Part shown: positions 34,854-43,106 of the stretch, piece after piece
Layout of the letters: the number at the start of each line of letters is the position of its first letter
Numbering within the stretch: the first letter of the stretch is position 1
Assembly: GCA_041665145.1 (NCBI GenBank)
Contig: JBAYJK010000001.1
Span: forward strand, 165,629-229,628
DNA length: 64,000 nt
From: Patescibacteria group bacterium
GTDB taxonomy: Bacteria > Patescibacteriota > Microgenomatia > UBA1406
Direction of reading: 5' to 3'
Position numbers and translations under genes: made by a program
The notes under the pieces: model-generated
The model's input: the letters and a program-made list of their open reading frames with translations, nothing else
What the model was told of the DNA's origin: nothing
The model's database searches: none

Positions 34854-35142
34854 AGCTTTGATAGAGACCGAGTAGCCCCGACGAGTCGTGGGTGAATTAC
34901 ACTCTAGAGCTGTAAGCTGAAAAGCAAGTAAGCCGAGCCGGGTGCGCCCCGTGATAGCGCAAGAGTATGTCAGCGTAAGCCGGAGTACTCGATAATGAGC
35001 GTTTGTGCTTTTAATCGAGTCCCGCATAATGGCGGGATTTTTTTTAGCATAAACTGGAAGACAAGGTGGTACCGCGAGCATTAAGCCCTCGCCCTTGTTG
35101 TGAGTCATATTTTTATGACTGACAGGGGTGAGGGCTTTTTTT
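34854..35142 (+). promoter_or_regulatory. T-box riboswitch leader (transcriptional), minimal Stem I, probable Tyr (UAC) specifier
   Basis: The T-box sequence is GGUGGUACCGCG (35065-35076). The antiterminator has helix A1 ACAAGG/CCUUGU, a 7-nt bulge UGGUACC and helix A2 GCGAG/CUCGC. It competes with a 15-bp terminator (35084-35098 / 35122-35136) followed by a T-run. The Stem I base is a K-turn: AGC-UUU-GA (34854-34861) opposite GA-GCU (34907-34911). The specifier loop reads ACCGAGUA / GAAUUACA. TATAAT at 34835-34840 is upstream. Confidence 0.75.
35020..35045 (+). promoter_or_regulatory. Stem III-position hairpin TCCCGC-ataatg-GCGGGA followed by T8 (terminator-like)
   Basis: A 6-bp GC stem plus U8 lies inside the T-box leader. 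It belongs to the CCCGC/GCGGG hairpin family seen at 31199, 52233 and 53241. Confidence 0.55.
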
Positions 35143-35259
35143 GTGGAAATGAAACATTTTAAAAACAGATGCACAGGAAGCAGGAATTTTTATTATATTC
35201 AGCCCTTCTATGGAGGGCGATGGTTGTTTGCTTTTATAAATTGGAAATCAAAAATTACT

Positions 35260-36294
35260 ATGAAAAAACAAAAAATGTTATGGTTTCAGGATGATTTAAA
35301 GCTAGGTGCTCGTAAGTCATGTTGGCAGAGAATAGATTCCCTCACAGGAGCTCTTGTACGAGCAGTTGGTCATCCGAATATGGATCATGAAATTGTGGAT
35401 CCAAGACCACATATAAGTGCGCTTGCTGAAAAGCTCCCACGGGACGCAACATGCGTTATTGACTTAACAAATGGCCAACTTATGGGAGTGCTGTCAGGAT
35501 TATTTGAGAGCAGCACTCTTGTTACTGGTTTCCATTTGAGCAGGCTGCGAGTTGTGTCTTCGGCACGGTTGGATGGTTCAGGTTTTATGTTAAATAAGAC
35601 AGTGAGAGAATTCGCTGCCTTACCATCGCTTATTGACACCTTCCGGACAGTGATACTGGATGATGTTGGTTGGTCTGGAAGATCAGCACTTGAGGTGTGC
35701 CGACTCTTTGGTCTTCCAGTAGCACAAACCACCTTTGGGTTTGTTATGGGTAATGCCGGTGAGTTTGGTCCTTCACCGGGAGCTGTAAATTTATTGCAGA
35801 GTCTGGGAGGTCGAGTAGTTACTGGTGGTTTGGTTGCGACACCCCGTGACGACGGATTTCATGTTTCAGATTTCTGTAGCACTAATAACATTTCTCATTC
35901 CGAATTAATAGAAGCTTTGTTGGTAATTCAGAGTTTGCGAGAGCATGCTGCTCAATTTCCTGGAGAGAGCAAAGAAGTAGAAAAAAGAATAATGCAGCTT
36001 TTTAAGGAGGCTCGCGATCTGCTCTTTCCAAACGCTCTTAGTTCGACTATGATAAAAGAATTAATGCGAGAGGGAAAGGTAATTTGTATGAACGGTATAC
36101 CAAAAGATGCACTCTTTCAGACGAATCCATTAAATTGGTTACTTCCTTCTTTTGCTAAGCGTGTTCGAAGTGAAGATTTGCAACAGAATTTGGCAATTGT
36201 CATTGGCTCTTTAGATGAGTTACGGGCGATCAAAGAAGAAGGTAATGTGCAAGGAATAGAAGGTAACTTTCTAAATATGGAGATGAGACTATGA
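35260..36294 (+). CDS. PRT-like protein (degenerate PRPP motif), paralogous in layout to the N-domain of the 31257 protein
   Basis: Has TVILDDVGWSGRSALEV (hydrophobic strand, DD, small residues). The start is moved to ATG 35260 because the track ORF from 35128 runs through the T-box terminator. Confidence 0.5.
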   Translation: MKKQKMLWFQDDLKLGARKSCWQRIDSLTGALVRAVGHPNMDHEIVDPRPHISALAEKLPRDATCVIDLTNGQLMGVLSGLFESSTLVTGFHLSRLRVVSSARLDGSGFMLNKTVREFAALPSLIDTFRTVILDDVGWSGRSALEVCRLFGLPVAQTTFGFVMGNAGEFGPSPGAVNLLQSLGGRVVTGGLVATPRDDGFHVSDFCSTNNISHSELIEALLVIQSLREHAAQFPGESKEVEKRIMQLFKEARDLLFPNALSSTMIKELMREGKVICMNGIPKDALFQTNPLNWLLPSFAKRVRSEDLQQNLAIVIGSLDELRAIKEEGNVQGIEGNFLNMEMRL

Positions 36295-36818
36295 CAAAGA
36301 AAAGAAAGATTCAAATAGCAGTTGTTGGTTCAATGTTCGACTTGCCGCAAAACCGGTCTACTATCGCGCTTGCAAGAGATATTGGAAGAGAATTAGCCAC
36401 TAATAAAGCAGTTTTGTTATATAGCTTCGAAGGGGATAGTCAATCACTTTCTTATATAGCAGCTAGAGAAGCTGAAAAATGTGGTGGAGAAATTATCGCA
36501 TTTCTTTGGGGTAATACGAAAGTGACGGGCTCTGTAGTAGGAAAAGCAGTTCGAACCGGGCAACTCCGAGGAGGAGGCAGAGAATTCCCACTAATTTTAA
36601 GTGCTAACGCTGTTATAAGTATTGGTGGTGGATCAGGGACTCTTATGGAGATAGCTATGTCTTATCAAGCGGGAATTCCTGTCATTGCTCTCGAAAATAC
36701 TGGTGGATGGAGTGAACGCCTGATGAATACGTTTATGGATGAAAGAAAAAGAAATAAAGTGCTTTCAGCAAAAGATGCTCGAAGTGCAGTGCTTCTGGCG
36801 ATAAAGGAAAGTATTTAG
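36291..36818 (+). CDS. TIGR00725 / LOG (SLOG)-family Rossmann protein
   Basis: Has IAVVGS at the N-terminus and the ISIGGGSGTLMEIAMSYQAGIPVIAL motif (GGGxGTxxE). ATGA overlap with the upstream gene. Confidence 0.7.
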   Translation: MTKKRKIQIAVVGSMFDLPQNRSTIALARDIGRELATNKAVLLYSFEGDSQSLSYIAAREAEKCGGEIIAFLWGNTKVTGSVVGKAVRTGQLRGGGREFPLILSANAVISIGGGSGTLMEIAMSYQAGIPVIALENTGGWSERLMNTFMDERKRNKVLSAKDARSAVLLAIKESI

Positions 36819-38632
36819 CCTTTCATGATTTTCTCGAATTCGTCCTGATCAAGCGTTTCTTTCTCGAGAAGCTCTTTGGCGACGGCATCAAGCTGAGGTT
36901 TGTGTTCTTTCAGTGTGGCTACTGCTTTTTTGTAGCAGGCATTAATGAGCTTACTTATCTCTGCGTCAATTTTTGCCAATGTTTCTTGCGACAAACTTGA
37001 ACCTTCTCCGCGTGACCAGCTGGTCACATCAAAGTCGTCACCGAGATTAATCGGGCCAAGGCTACTCATTCCGTATTCAGTAACCATTTCGCGGGCAACA
37101 GCAGTTGCCTGATTGAAATCGTTTGCTGCACCGGTGGTAATTTCGTTAAAGATGAATTCTTCTGCTGCACGTCCGCCGAGCATCGCAGTAATTTGGTTTA
37201 CTAAGTGAGTTTTAGTTTCATGCACGATATCCTTCTGTGGAGGAATAAGTGTGTAACCCAATGACATACCGCGCGCAACGATCGAAATTCGGTGAACTGG
37301 GTCCATTCCCGGGAGCGATCTGGTGACTACTGCATGACCCGCTTCGTGATAAGCGGTAAGTTTTTTATCTTCATCGGTTTGCATTCGTTTCTTTTCGGGA
37401 CCAAGTTTAACCTTGGTGGCCGCTTCTTCAAGAATATTCATGGTGATTTTATCCTTACTCATGCGCGCGGTAAGAATGGCAGCCTCATTTAACATATTTT
37501 CCAGATCCGCACCGGAGTACCCGACTGTTCGACGCGCAAGCCGTTTCCAATCGACACCTTTTTCAAATGGTTTACCGGTTGAGTGTAATTTCAAAATAGC
37601 TTCACGCTCTTCAAGGTCAGGGTAATGTACTACGATACGTCGATCAAAACGTCCAGGTCGCATAAGAGCTGGGTCAAGCAAATCACCACGGTTTGTAGCT
37701 GCTATCACAACAACTTTTTCAGTTGGTTGAAAACCGTCCATTTCGACCAGGATCTGATTGAGTGTCTGCTCCCGTTCGTCGTGTCCACCCATGACTCCAC
37801 TGGAACGTGCTCGGCCGATTGCATCTATTTCATCAATAAAAATTATCGACGGGGCGTTGAGCTTTGCGGTCTTAAACAAGTCGCGAGCTCGTGCGGCTCC
37901 GATACCGACAAGCATTTCCATAAATTCTGAACCTGCGATTGAGAAGAACGCGACATTTGCTTCACCTGCAATTGCCTTTGCCAGCAGTGTTTTTCCGCAC
38001 CCGGCAGGGCCAACAAGCAGAACACCTTTCGGTGTGCGCGCGCCGATTTTTTTATACTTATCCGGGTTTTTCAGAAAATCGACAACCTCCTGCAATTCCT
38101 CTTTAGCTTCTTTGATGCCGGCAACATCCTTAAAGGTAATTCGCGAAGTGCCCTTATTGAATCGCTTTGCCCGGGATTGACCGAATGAAAATATCGAGTC
38201 TTGTGTTCCCCGTGCTTGTCGGAATAAGAATACGAAAAAACCGATCATCAGAAGTGTAGGTACGATATTGATCAGTATATTGGCGATAGTTCCAAATTGT
38301 GAGCTGTTATTGTTTTTGATGGTAACAGATAAAGGATTAATTCCTGAATCTTTGAGCATCTCAAAGACCGTGGCATTGGGCTCTTTTGTTGTTTTCGCAA
38401 ACGTTCCATTTTTATATTGAATGAGCAATTTATCTTCAACGACTTCGATTTCTTTCACTTTGGATTTTTTAACGTCGGTTAAGACGCTTGAAATTGATTT
38501 CTCAGGTATGGTTTTGTCGATGTAATCTTTGCCGCTTAGTGCAATCGACAAGATAAAAAACCCGATTATGAGTACAAAAAACACGAACTGAAGATTGAAT
38601 TGAAGCTTGAATTGCTGTTTCTTTTGTGCCAT
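36815..38632 (-). CDS. ftsH: ATP-dependent zinc metalloprotease FtsH
   Basis: Has Walker A GPAGCGKT, the SRH region and the zinc site HEAGHAV, plus two N-terminal TM helices. Confidence 0.95.
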   Translation of the reverse strand: MAQKKQQFKLQFNLQFVFFVLIIGFFILSIALSGKDYIDKTIPEKSISSVLTDVKKSKVKEIEVVEDKLLIQYKNGTFAKTTKEPNATVFEMLKDSGINPLSVTIKNNNSSQFGTIANILINIVPTLLMIGFFVFLFRQARGTQDSIFSFGQSRAKRFNKGTSRITFKDVAGIKEAKEELQEVVDFLKNPDKYKKIGARTPKGVLLVGPAGCGKTLLAKAIAGEANVAFFSIAGSEFMEMLVGIGAARARDLFKTAKLNAPSIIFIDEIDAIGRARSSGVMGGHDEREQTLNQILVEMDGFQPTEKVVVIAATNRGDLLDPALMRPGRFDRRIVVHYPDLEEREAILKLHSTGKPFEKGVDWKRLARRTVGYSGADLENMLNEAAILTARMSKDKITMNILEEAATKVKLGPEKKRMQTDEDKKLTAYHEAGHAVVTRSLPGMDPVHRISIVARGMSLGYTLIPPQKDIVHETKTHLVNQITAMLGGRAAEEFIFNEITTGAANDFNQATAVAREMVTEYGMSSLGPINLGDDFDVTSWSRGEGSSLSQETLAKIDAEISKLINACYKKAVATLKEHKPQLDAVAKELLEKETLDQDEFEKIMKG

Positions 38633-38648
38633 CGGAACCTACATTATA

Positions 38649-38963
38649 TCATCCCCAGAATATTTTTGTCGCAATCTGTGCAAGCCAATATGAAAGTGCC
38701 AGCATAATAATCCCGACTATGGAATTTGTTATGCGGGATTTTGCTTTTTTAATAAGTTCGGGACTGTTCCAGCTGCGTGCCATATCGAAACCCGACCACA
38801 GGAGATATATAAATAAGACAAAAAGAGCAAGCGGAAAAACTGCTTGCATGACAACGGTCACCACGTCTCCGATAGTGGCAAATTTTGCAGGCAGGGGTCC
38901 GTTAAGGGTAAATGAACCCTGCGTCCCGTTAATCGTTAAAGCTTGTGCCAACAGATGCTTCAT
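38649..38963 (-). CDS. Small two-TM protein resembling CPR 'T4SS pilin' (TrbC/VirB2-like)
   Basis: The pattern is ...LFIYLLWSGFDMARSWNSPELIKKAKSRITNSIVGIIMLALSYW, i.e. TM, G.PE..KKAK..I.N.I.G, TM. The start at ATG 38963 is 6 nt after TACAAT (minus strand). Confidence 0.55.
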   Translation of the reverse strand: MKHLLAQALTINGTQGSFTLNGPLPAKFATIGDVVTVVMQAVFPLALFVLFIYLLWSGFDMARSWNSPELIKKAKSRITNSIVGIIMLALSYWLAQIATKIFWG

Positions 38964-38990
38964 ATCCACATTGTATAACTTAATAATTAT

Positions 38991-39019
38991 TTGACAAGCA
39001 CTCTAAATTTCTTCATAAT
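38991..39019 (+). promoter_or_regulatory. Promoter TTGACA-17-CATAAT for leaderless clpC, sharing its -35 region with the divergent minus-strand promoter
   Basis: TTGACA at 38991-38996 and CATAAT at 39014-39019, with ATG 39026 6 nt downstream. On the minus strand, TTGTCA (38992-38997) -16- TACAAT (38970-38975) drives the pilin-like gene. Confidence 0.65.
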
Positions 39020-39025
39020 GGTCAC

Positions 39026-42000
39026 ATGGGTATGTTTGATTTTTTGGGAAGTAAGAAGAATGACCAGTCAGGAAGCCCCAGCCAAGATGCGCAAGGGACA
39101 ACGACCTCATCAACGGTGACGACGGTAACCACTGATCAATCATCTGTGCAATCAGCGCAGAGTGGCACCATGTATAATGGTGTTGGTTCTGCTCCTGCAG
39201 GTGCGGTAACAACAGATGGAATAACGCCACCTCAAGCCCCAAAAGCAGCACAACCTTCGGGACAAACGCAGACAGCGGGGATTCCCACAGCAGCTGCTAA
39301 CACGCAACAACCTGCTACACCAATGGATAAGAAAACAGGAATGGATATAATGACTCGTCTTACACAACGCTCGAACAGAGTTCTTCTTGTTGCGGCACAA
39401 AAAGCGCAAGCGCTCAACAATCCTCTTGTTGACAGCGAGCATGTTCTATATGGTTTGTTGGCAGACCAGGAAATTTTCAATTTGCTTTCTCAACTCAAAC
39501 TGATTCCACAGGAAGTCGTTAAGCAGTTGGAAGCAACGTTCCATAAAGGAACAACTCCGACAAAACCTCAACTTGCTCCCCGGGTAAAGAAGATTTTGGA
39601 AGACGCACTGATTGTAGCGCGTAAGCTGGGATACGAATTTATCTCCCCGGAACATATTTTGTATGCCCTGTATCATGAGGGCGAAGGAGTCGGTTCGCGC
39701 ATTTTAGTTAAGGTAGGATTAAACAAGGACGAATTGAATATCAAGGTTCTTGGTAAGAAAAAAGGTCTTGAGACACAACAACAGGAAGAAAGAAAACAAA
39801 GCGCATTGGAAAAGTACACAACAGACCTTACGGCAAAAGCTGCTGCAGGGCAGCTTGATCCGGTAGTTGAACGGTCTCAAGTCATCGAGCGCGTAATTCA
39901 CATTCTTTCTCGAAGATCAAAAAATAATCCTGTCTTGACCGGCGAGGCGGGAGTCGGAAAAACGGCAATTGTTGAGGGTCTGGCCGAAAAAATAGTTTCG
40001 AAAGAAGTCCCTGAAACCTTGTTAAATCACCGTGTTTTGCAACTCGACCTTATGGCGATTCTAGCAGGCGCTTCACATAGGGGTGAATTTGAAGAGCGTT
40101 TGAAAGGGGTTATGGACGAATTGAAAGCCATGATGGGCAAAGTTATTCTTTTTATAGATGAGATTCACAACATCGTCGGCGCAGGTGGGGAGGCTGGGTC
40201 AGGAGACGCGGCAAACATTATTAAACCGGCGCTTGCGCGAGGCGAAGTTCAGCTAATCGGTGCAACTACCACCTCAGAATACCGAAAATATATTGAAAAA
40301 GATCCGGCACTTGAACGGCGTTTCCAGCCGATAGAGGTTCCCGAGCCATCGGAAGATGCGGCCATAAAAATGCTTCGAGCCATACGTGATAAATATGAAG
40401 CCTTTCATAAAGTTAAAATTCCTGATGAGGCAATCGAAGCTGCTGTTAAGCTCTCTAAACGGTACGTCGGCGGACGATTTCTTCCTGATAAGGCAATCGA
40501 TCTTATAGATGAAACAGCCTCAGCTGTGCGTCTTCCGATTATCTCTCTACCTGAAGAAATAAAGTCTCAAGAAGAAAAAATAAAAGCGATGCAGCAGGAA
40601 CGAATGGAGGCTCTGAAGATTAATAACAAAGTAAAGGCCAATATCTATGAAAAGAAAATAATCGATGCACAAGACCTCCTCAAGCAGAAGCAGGAGGAAT
40701 ACTTGCAGAAAAAAGCTATGTCTGTCGGTGTTGTTAATCTTCAAATGATTAAGGACGTAATTGCCCGGTGGACGGGAATTCCGGTAAATAAAATTACGGA
40801 GTCGGAAAAGGATAAAATTTCCAACCTCGAAGACATCATGCATAAGCGTCTCATTAATCAGAAAGTGGCAGTTGCCGCGGTAGCTCAGGCGATCAGACGC
40901 GGAAGAGCTGGTCTTAAATCAACGCAGCGACCTATCGGAAGTTTTATCTTTCTCGGTCCCACGGGTGTAGGAAAAACAGAATTGGTGAAAACACTCGCTG
41001 AGGTTTTGTTCGGAACCGAAGATTCCATGGTGCGATTCGACATGACGGAGTACATGGAAAAACACGAAGTCGCAAAATTGTTAGGCGCTCCTCCAGGATA
41101 TGTTGGATACGAAGAAGGAGGAAAGCTTACCGAAGCAGTCAAAAGAAAGCCGTATAGCGTTGTGCTGTTTGATGAGGTGGAAAAAGCACATCCTGATATT
41201 TTTAATATTTTGCTTCAGATTCTTGACGATGGGCGATTGACTGACAACAAGGGCCATACTATCTCTTTTAAAAATACGGTGGTTATATGTACTTCAAATA
41301 TCGGTTCACGCACTATTCAACAAGAATTAATGAAGAGTGGCAAGGATCAAATAGAAGAGCCTCTCGCGCTTAATACGTATGTTGTTTCGCCGCGGGGACG
41401 TGCTATTGTAACTGTCGGTAACACGGTGTTTTTGAAAGAGGCAGAAACAAATACCTGGGCGGAATCGATATTGCGCGATTATTTTGCAGGGCAAAAAATT
41501 TTAACAATAGACGAGAATGGTAAAGACAAGGAAGTTGATTTTTCTTTGTTCAAAATTCAGACGCATGCAATATCACCACAAGGGTCAGAATACATAACCG
41601 CAGAGGAGAATTTGTATGTGAGAACAGCCACAACGGCGAAAGAGTGGCGCCTGATGAAGTTGCTTGATTACGCAAAAGACGCTGTGGTAGTAAATGGATT
41701 ACCTGATACTCCCGAGGAGCAATTACCGACCATCAAGTTCCACACGCACGCCTTCACTTCGCAAGAAGAAGAGATTGTGACGTACAAAAATAGAATGTGG
41801 AAAAGAAAAACGGGAACGAACGACTGGCAAACCCAAACTCTTTCGGAATATTTGAATGGAGCAAAAACCTCGGATAATAAACCGTTGCCGGTTGCATATT
41901 GGAATATTCATCTATTCAATTCTAAGGGTGAGGAATTGATTGTGGTTGGAGAAATGGTGTATCACAGATCAGGTACGGTATGGGAAGCAAAGCCGGTGGT

Positions 42001-42745
42001 TGAATTCTTCGGAGAAGGGTTCCCATTGCAAGCCGAAATAAAACGGATGCAGGAAGTTCAGGAAGAAGTTGATAAACAAAAATTTGGCAAAATCAAAGAC
42101 AGAGTCATGGATGAACTGATGAAGTTTATGCGTCCTGAACTGGTTAACCGGTTTGACGAGGTGGTGGTTTTCGAACCGCTCCGATATGAGCACATGTTGC
42201 TGATCGTGAAACTACAAATAAAAGGATTGCGCACGTTGCTTGAAGAGCAAAGTTTCGGACTTGAAGTTACGGAGGCCGCTCAAAAAGAAATCGTCAGGGT
42301 GGGGTTTGACCCGGTATTTGGTGCACGACCCCTGAGACGCGCATTACAGAAGCTAGTTGAAAATCCGATTTCTGAGCTGATAATTGCCCAGAAAGTTAAG
42401 GAGGGTGAAGCAATATTAGTAGATTATGACGGTGAGAACTTTACGTTTACCATGGCACAGGCCGAGCTTAATCCTCAACAGGAGGAGAAGAAAGAGTCAT
42501 TCACCTGCCAATACTGTCAGTATAAATTTGAAACGATCGTCCGGAAAGGAAAAAGCACCGTAGTTTGTTCGAAGTGTGGGAAAGGGCAAAAGGAAAAGAA
42601 AGACGATAACAAACAGCAGGCTTCGGATAAAAAAGAAGATGAGAAGAAAACCGAGCCGGCAATATCAATGACATTGCCTCCAACAGCAGATATTAACGGG
42701 AAGGCTGCTCAGAATAATTTTCAACCGCAACTCGCCACGTTGTAA
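39026..42745 (+). CDS. clpC: ClpC/ClpB-type AAA+ chaperone-unfoldase with N-terminal low-complexity extension, about 220-aa repeat insertion in AAA2 and C-terminal zinc ribbon
   Basis: Has Clp_N repeats, Walker A1 [15 protein letters not shown], a short M-domain, Walker A2 [15 protein letters not shown] and sensor-2 GARPLRR. The insertion lies between TSNIGS and [10 protein letters not shown]. The C-terminal CxxC...CxxC is FTCQYCQ...VVCSKCG. Confidence 0.85.
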   Translation: MGMFDFLGSKKNDQSGSPSQDAQGTTTSSTVTTVTTDQSSVQSAQSGTMYNGVGSAPAGAVTTDGITPPQAPKAAQPSGQTQTAGIPTAAANTQQPATPMDKKTGMDIMTRLTQRSNRVLLVAAQKAQALNNPLVDSEHVLYGLLADQEIFNLLSQLKLIPQEVVKQLEATFHKGTTPTKPQLAPRVKKILEDALIVARKLGYEFISPEHILYALYHEGEGVGSRILVKVGLNKDELNIKVLGKKKGLETQQQEERKQSALEKYTTDLTAKAAAGQLDPVVERSQVIERVIHILSRRSKNNPVLTGEAGVGKTAIVEGLAEKIVSKEVPETLLNHRVLQLDLMAILAGASHRGEFEERLKGVMDELKAMMGKVILFIDEIHNIVGAGGEAGSGDAANIIKPALARGEVQLIGATTTSEYRKYIEKDPALERRFQPIEVPEPSEDAAIKMLRAIRDKYEAFHKVKIPDEAIEAAVKLSKRYVGGRFLPDKAIDLIDETASAVRLPIISLPEEIKSQEEKIKAMQQERMEALKINNKVKANIYEKKIIDAQDLLKQKQEEYLQKKAMSVGVVNLQMIKDVIARWTGIPVNKITESEKDKISNLEDIMHKRLINQKVAVAAVAQAIRRGRAGLKSTQRPIGSFIFLGPTGVGKTELVKTLAEVLFGTEDSMVRFDMTEYMEKHEVAKLLGAPPGYVGYEEGGKLTEAVKRKPYSVVLFDEVEKAHPDIFNILLQILDDGRLTDNKGHTISFKNTVVICTSNIGSRTIQQELMKSGKDQIEEPLALNTYVVSPRGRAIVTVGNTVFLKEAETNTWAESILRDYFAGQKILTIDENGKDKEVDFSLFKIQTHAISPQGSEYITAEENLYVRTATTAKEWRLMKLLDYAKDAVVVNGLPDTPEEQLPTIKFHTHAFTSQEEEIVTYKNRMWKRKTGTNDWQTQTLSEYLNGAKTSDNKPLPVAYWNIHLFNSKGEELIVVGEMVYHRSGTVWEAKPVVEFFGEGFPLQAEIKRMQEVQEEVDKQKFGKIKDRVMDELMKFMRPELVNRFDEVVVFEPLRYEHMLLIVKLQIKGLRTLLEEQSFGLEVTEAAQKEIVRVGFDPVFGARPLRRALQKLVENPISELIIAQKVKEGEAILVDYDGENFTFTMAQAELNPQQEEKKESFTCQYCQYKFETIVRKGKSTVVCSKCGKGQKEKKDDNKQQASDKKEDEKKTEPAISMTLPPTADINGKAAQNNFQPQLATL

Positions 42746-42785
42746 ACAATTTTCAATTTTTAGTTCTTAATTTTTATTCAGTTTT

Positions 42786-42869
42786 CAGCTGAAAAAGTTT
42801 TCAAACACATAGGCGTTTGAAATTTGAGTCTTGGAAATTGATTGAAAACTGCAAACTAAAAACTGAAAA
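42786..42869. terminator. Cluster of palindromic hairpins between convergent clpC and yidD (bidirectional terminator region)
   Basis: TTTTCAGCTGAAAA is a perfect 14-bp palindrome. TTTCAAAC/GTTTGAAA is an 8-bp inverted repeat. GTTTTCAG also pairs with a distal CTGAAAAC. Confidence 0.5.
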
Positions 42870-43106
42870 CTATTTCACCGGGTCATATCCGCCCTTGTTC
42901 CACGGATGGCATCGCATAACACGTTTGAGTCCGAGCACACTTCCTTTCAGGGCTCCATATTTTTCAATTGCCTGGTAGGTATATTGAGAACAAGTCGGAT
43001 GAAAACGACAAACGTCAGATACCATGAGCAATCGCTTAAGTATATCTAAATGAAGACTCTGGGTTTTTTGATAAAAAATAATAACTCTCAGGAGAAACGA
43101 CTTCAT
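42870..43106 (-). CDS. yidD: Membrane protein insertion efficiency factor YidD
   Basis: Has [19 protein letters not shown]...[13 protein letters not shown], the canonical YidD signature. Confidence 0.85.
   Translation of the reverse strand: MKSFLLRVIIFYQKTQSLHLDILKRLLMVSDVCRFHPTCSQYTYQAIEKYGALKGSVLGLKRVMRCHPWNKGGYDPVK

Noticed and set aside
34952-35002. A second 'UGAUAG...AAGAGUA' element resembles another Stem I, with AUG as a possible specifier. This would imply a tandem T-box or a Met specifier.
   Set aside because: It folds as a GUAA-capped hairpin with an asymmetric AA / GAUAAUGA internal loop and lacks a K-turn below it. This is more consistent with the Stem II S-turn element of the same T-box. 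Only one antiterminator and T-box sequence is present.
34860-35047. Possibility that this structured region with its own hairpin and U8 is an independent small RNA (SRP, 6S, tmRNA or RNase P).
   Set aside because: None of the diagnostic motifs is present: no GGAA/AGCA SRP domain IV, no GAGGAAAGUCC and no tRNA-like end. The K-turn, specifier loop and downstream T-box explain the region better.
35051-35060. UGG triplets (34889, 35054) as a Trp specifier, which was tempting because of the neighbouring TrpR-family genes.
   Set aside because: Neither triplet lies in the specifier-loop position. The bulge UGGU predicts discriminator A73, whereas bacterial tRNA-Trp normally has G73.
35128-35259. 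Track start of the PRT-like ORF at 35128, and small ORFs at 35210 and 35220.
   Set aside because: The ORF from 35128 begins inside the T-box terminator stem and U-run. The mini-ORFs are 9 and 24 codons long with no supporting signals. ATG 35260 was chosen instead.
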